Of a DNA stretch of 64,000 nucleotides, positions 58,763-64,000 are shown in pieces (the first letter of the stretch is position 1; each line of letters begins with the position of its first letter). The stretch lies in assembly GCA_013265495.1 (NCBI GenBank), contig MU057801.1:1915879-1979878 (forward strand), given 5' to 3'. The notes below the pieces were generated by a model. The model was not told the origin of the DNA, did no database searches, and saw only the letters and a program-made list of their open reading frames with translations. The stretch comes from Vicugna vicugna (lineage: Eukaryota). The position numbers and the translations under genes are program-made.

Positions 58763-59604
58763 TAAAACAGCAACCACCCTCCCAAATGAAATAAAACCTG
58801 CAACCAGCCAGGACCTCCCTCCTTCAATTTTTAAATACTTCCCAGACCTGTTTATTTTTTTTCAATCAAGCAAAGGAAAAAAAATCTTGGAGATTCAAGG
58901 CATCAAACTGGCAATAACACTTTAATATAGATTTGTGGAACTCTGGTTCTTGCAGTCAGAACACACATTTATAAGCCATAAATAAAGCACGCAGAAACCA
59001 TAAATTAATCAGACTCAAGACCTGGATTTCACCGTGTCAAGAATGGGAATGCTTGTTTTTTTTTCTTTTTCTTGGTCATTTACAACAGACTCTTACATCA
59101 TTTTTTTTTCTCTTTTTAAACAATAGTACAACTCTGTTCTCTGTTAAAACTACATGGTTTTACACTGTAACTCACAAAAGTTTGTGGGGGTTTTTGCCTT
59201 TTTTTTTGTTTTCTTTCTTTCTTTTTTTTTAATAAAGTAAGACTTCGCTGCGGCAAGAGTGATGGAGAGGAACACCGACAACAGGAAGTCAGAGCCCGCA
59301 GGTGCTTAAAGAAGCAGGGCGTCTGCACGCAAGCGGAGGGACCAACACTTCGCTTTTTGCCTTTTTTTGACTGTTTATCCTTTTCCCTTTCCCTCCTTAC
59401 GTGGGATGATGACAGATATCAGTGTGGCCCCTGTGAGGGAGGGAGGGCCGCAGCAGGTCAGGGAGACAGCTGTCCCGGGGGCTGCGTGGGGGCGTGATGG
59501 GTCCTTTTCCCTCGTGTCTTTCCAGTCTCCCTTCCTGAAAGTCTCCACCCCACTTCCTCTCTCTCTGGTCCTGGTCCTGGTCTGGCCGAGCCGCCGTTGT
59601 CTTC
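58730..59604 (-). other. FOXA2: FOXA2 3' UTR with candidate poly(A) signals
   Basis: AU-rich sequence after the TAA. ATTAAA (minus) at 58926-58921 and AATAAA (minus) at 58856-58851. Distal end uncertain. Confidence 0.75.
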
Positions 59605-61128
<1,524 letters not shown>

Positions 61129-61720
61129 CTAGCCCTCCTGCGCCTAGTTCCGATTCTAAGACTGGGCTCCCCTGGCGCGCCCCCGAGCCGGGCACCCCCA
61201 AGGCATCTCCCCTCCACGGAGTCTCCCCAGCTCTCAAGCCAGCATACCGAGCAGGCGCCGCGGCCCCGGGCGCCGCCTACGACCCTGACCAGCGACCTGT
61301 GGGACACCGGGCGGGGCGCCGGGCGGCCTCCAGCGGAGACGATCCCAGGGTCCTCGCCGTTCAGCCTTCCTCCGGGGACCCCATCCTTGGCCCCAGGGGA
61401 ACCGAAACGCGCCGCCTGCTTGGAGTCTGCGGCCGGCCGGAGGCATTGAATGGAGGGACAGGGAGGGGACCGCGAGCCGAACTACACGCGGCTGGGCTCT
61501 GCAGCCACAAACTTTCTTTCTCTTTGTCCCCTAGTCTTTGGCTCTTCCTCCACCTCGGCCCCCAACTCCTACCCACCTTCTCCTCTCCAGCTCCCCACCC
61601 CCTCGCCGGCCGACCTCCCACCCCTCCCCAGCCGCGCGCTGCCAAACATAACTCTGTTAGGATAGTGCGTGGCTCGGCCACGAAGAGGATTTGGAGGCGC
61701 CGCAAGTCAATATTTGATCA

Positions 61721-62008
<288 letters not shown>

Positions 62009-62314
62009 TTAAAATTTAACAGCCACAACAAACGACCGGCAATCACCCCCCACCCCCACCCTCCTTTTAAAAAAAAGTCAGCCAAGGCACCGTCCCCTCC
62101 CTCCCTCTCTCGCGCTCCCTCTCTCTCGGCTCCACTCCCTCGCTCCCTCGGCCGGCCGGAGGCGGTAGTTGGAAGTGGGCGGGAGGGCTGAGTCGCGGGA
62201 GGAGGGGGCCGGAGGGTAGGAGGAGGCCCAGCGCCGGGCCCAGCTGCTGGGAGAGCCCGCTGCCCGCCGCCGCCGCCGCCGCGCTCGCGGGCTGCCCGGT
62301 GGAGGCCGAGGCTG

Positions 62315-62484
62315 NNNNNNNNNNNNNNNNNNNNNNNNNNNNNNNNNNNNNNNNNNNNNNNNNNNNNNNNNNNNNNNNNNNNNNNNNNNNNNNNNNNNNN
62401 NNNNNNNNNNNNNNNNNNNNNNNNNNNNNNNNNNNNNNNNNNNNNNNNNNNNNNNNNNNNNNNNNNNNNNNNNNNNNNNNNNNN
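62315..62484. other. Assembly gap (N run) in the GC-rich 5' region of FOXA2
   Basis: About 170 N bases, flanked by (GCC)n and (GGA)n repeats. Confidence 0.99.
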
Positions 62485-63091
62485 GGGGGGTGGAGAGGAG
62501 GAGGAGGAGGAGGAAGAGGAGGAGGAGATGGGGGGGCGGAGGAGGTGTGGACCGCGGAGCGGACAAGTGCCGCAGTGACGTGGGCGGCTGGTGATATAGC
62601 GCGGCGCGCCGGCGCGGGCCTCCAATCCCCAGACCCGGGGCAGCCCATTTGAATAATCAGCTCACACCTGGGTGAGAGGGAGCCTTGGCTGGCGCCCCGC
62701 ACCTGCCCTCCGCGCCCGCCCCGCGGGCAGCGCCCGGACGGTCGAGCGGGGCGGGTGGGCGCGAGGGCTCCAGGGTCGAGCCCTCTCCCGCACCCCCGCC
62801 CGTGTCTGCGGGGATTCCCCAGGGGAGGAGGGACCTGGAAGGAGGCCACCCCCTGGAGGGGCCCAGGGCTCTGACACCCCCATCCCGTCCTTAGCGCCCG
62901 GCGCTTGGTGCTCCCATCCGAGGGCGCGTCCGGCCTCCTCGCCCTGTCTCCCCTCTGCAGAGCCCTCCCAAAGCCGCATTTATTTATCCCGGATTTCTTC
63001 GCTCTCAATGCCCATTCCCTGTCAAAATAACAAGCCGGTGACAGAGCCAATTTGCAAAGCGCTGTCGTACTTAGAAAAACTGTGTACACAC

Positions 63092-63310
63092 CTTTAACTC
63101 GCCCGCCGCTGCTTCTGGGTGGCCCCGCCCGTTACAGTTAAGACCCAGAGCGGCTCCGGGAGGCGCGCGGGGCGCCAGGTCCCGCTGCCTCGGCTCTTTG
63201 CCGCCTCGGAGCCCGGCCTCCGGGGCCCGACGGCGAGGCTGGCGGGGAGGAGCCCCGTCCCCACCGTCCGGGGGCCGGGAGCACGCGGCCCCGCCAGTGG
63301 CAGCGACGGT
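63092..63310 (-). other. FOXA2: Probable upstream non-coding exon 1 of FOXA2 (short isoform); 5' boundary approximate
   Basis: Donor GAGTTAAAG|GTGTGT at 63091-63090. Joining to ttccAG|TATGCTG (61987-61986) reproduces the GAGTTAAAGTATGCTGGGA junction I recall from FOXA2 mRNAs. The exon lies just downstream of the promoter motif cluster. Confidence 0.7.
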
Positions 63311-63344
63311 TGGGAGACTATTTGTCTCTGACAGTCAGGACGGC

Positions 63345-63415
63345 GTGTTTCAAGGTTACTTTTCAGTCACAACCGAGGTGCCCACAGCATTTCGTAACTA
63401 AAACAAACAGGGCGG
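63345..63415 (-). promoter_or_regulatory. FOXA2 proximal promoter: NR5A2-type, C/EBP-type and FOXA autoregulatory sites
   Basis: TCAAGGTTA at 63350-63358; ATTTCGTAA at 63389-63397 (TTACGAAAT on minus); AAAACAAACA at 63400-63409 (TGTTTGTTTT on minus). This matches the known HNF3-beta promoter layout. Confidence 0.75.
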
Positions 63416-64000
63416 GAGGAGACAGGAGTTCAGGAATCAGCAGCGGGGCACATGAATCCACCTCAGGGGGGTTTCTGTCTTCTCCGTTTTCCTGCGGGAC
63501 GGTTTTGTGAGAATGAGAAGTCCCGCAGCCGTACAGTCCTTTCTATTTGCGATCCAGCTTCTGAGCTCTAACCATCACCTGCCCTGGGCCAGCTGCCCAG
63601 ACCCCAGTGAGCCGGGGGGAGGGGTCACTACAGGTGTGTAGAGGGGGCCAGGCTTTCCTGGTTCTAAGAACCCGGCTGGGCCACGAGGAAGCAGCCCCCC
63701 ACCCAAAGAGAGAAAGACAGGAACCAGTGAGAGCCTGGCCCACCTGTCCAGAGTTGTGGGTAACGGTGGCAGAAGACAGAGGCGAGGTGGCTGGAGCAGA
63801 GCGCCCCGAGCGGGAGGACGGCGAGGGGCAGCTAGCGGGCAGCGGAGAGGAGCAGTGGGCGCGGGGAACCCCACCCCTGCCCTCCGGCTCGCGCGGCCTG
63901 CAACCTTTGAACTAAAGATGCAGACGCGGCTGGTCGGCCCAATTCATAGTGAGGGCGTTGATGGGCCCGCTGACCGAGATCCGGGGCAGCGTCCACCACA

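Overview
Mammalian genomic DNA, GC- and CpG-rich. It is probably from a camelid, judged from tRNA-Ala-derived Vic-1-like SINEs and the L1 3' ends. The window holds one protein-coding gene, FOXA2 (HNF3-beta), on the minus strand: coding exons 62002-61916 and 60909-59605 give 463 aa. A probable upstream non-coding exon would give a 457-aa form. Its promoter carries NR5A2, C/EBP and FOXA sites. Downstream on the same strand lies the probable ortholog of the endoderm lncRNA LINC00261/DEANR1 (~56.3 kb to ~38.6 kb). That interval contains the Foxa2 floor-plate GLI site (GAACACCCA) and several motif-dense enhancer candidates. The left ~37 kb is gene desert with L1, MIR, MER33/Charlie, MLT and SINE repeats, including a 5'-inverted (twin-primed) L1 with target-site duplications. 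I could not support a wholly new biological system. The strongest leads are an apparent A/T-to-G/C substitution bias in FOXA2 and in old repeats, possible turnover of a poly(A) signal and a splice site, and candidate cis-regulatory modules. All comparisons with human or mouse are from memory and need alignment to confirm.
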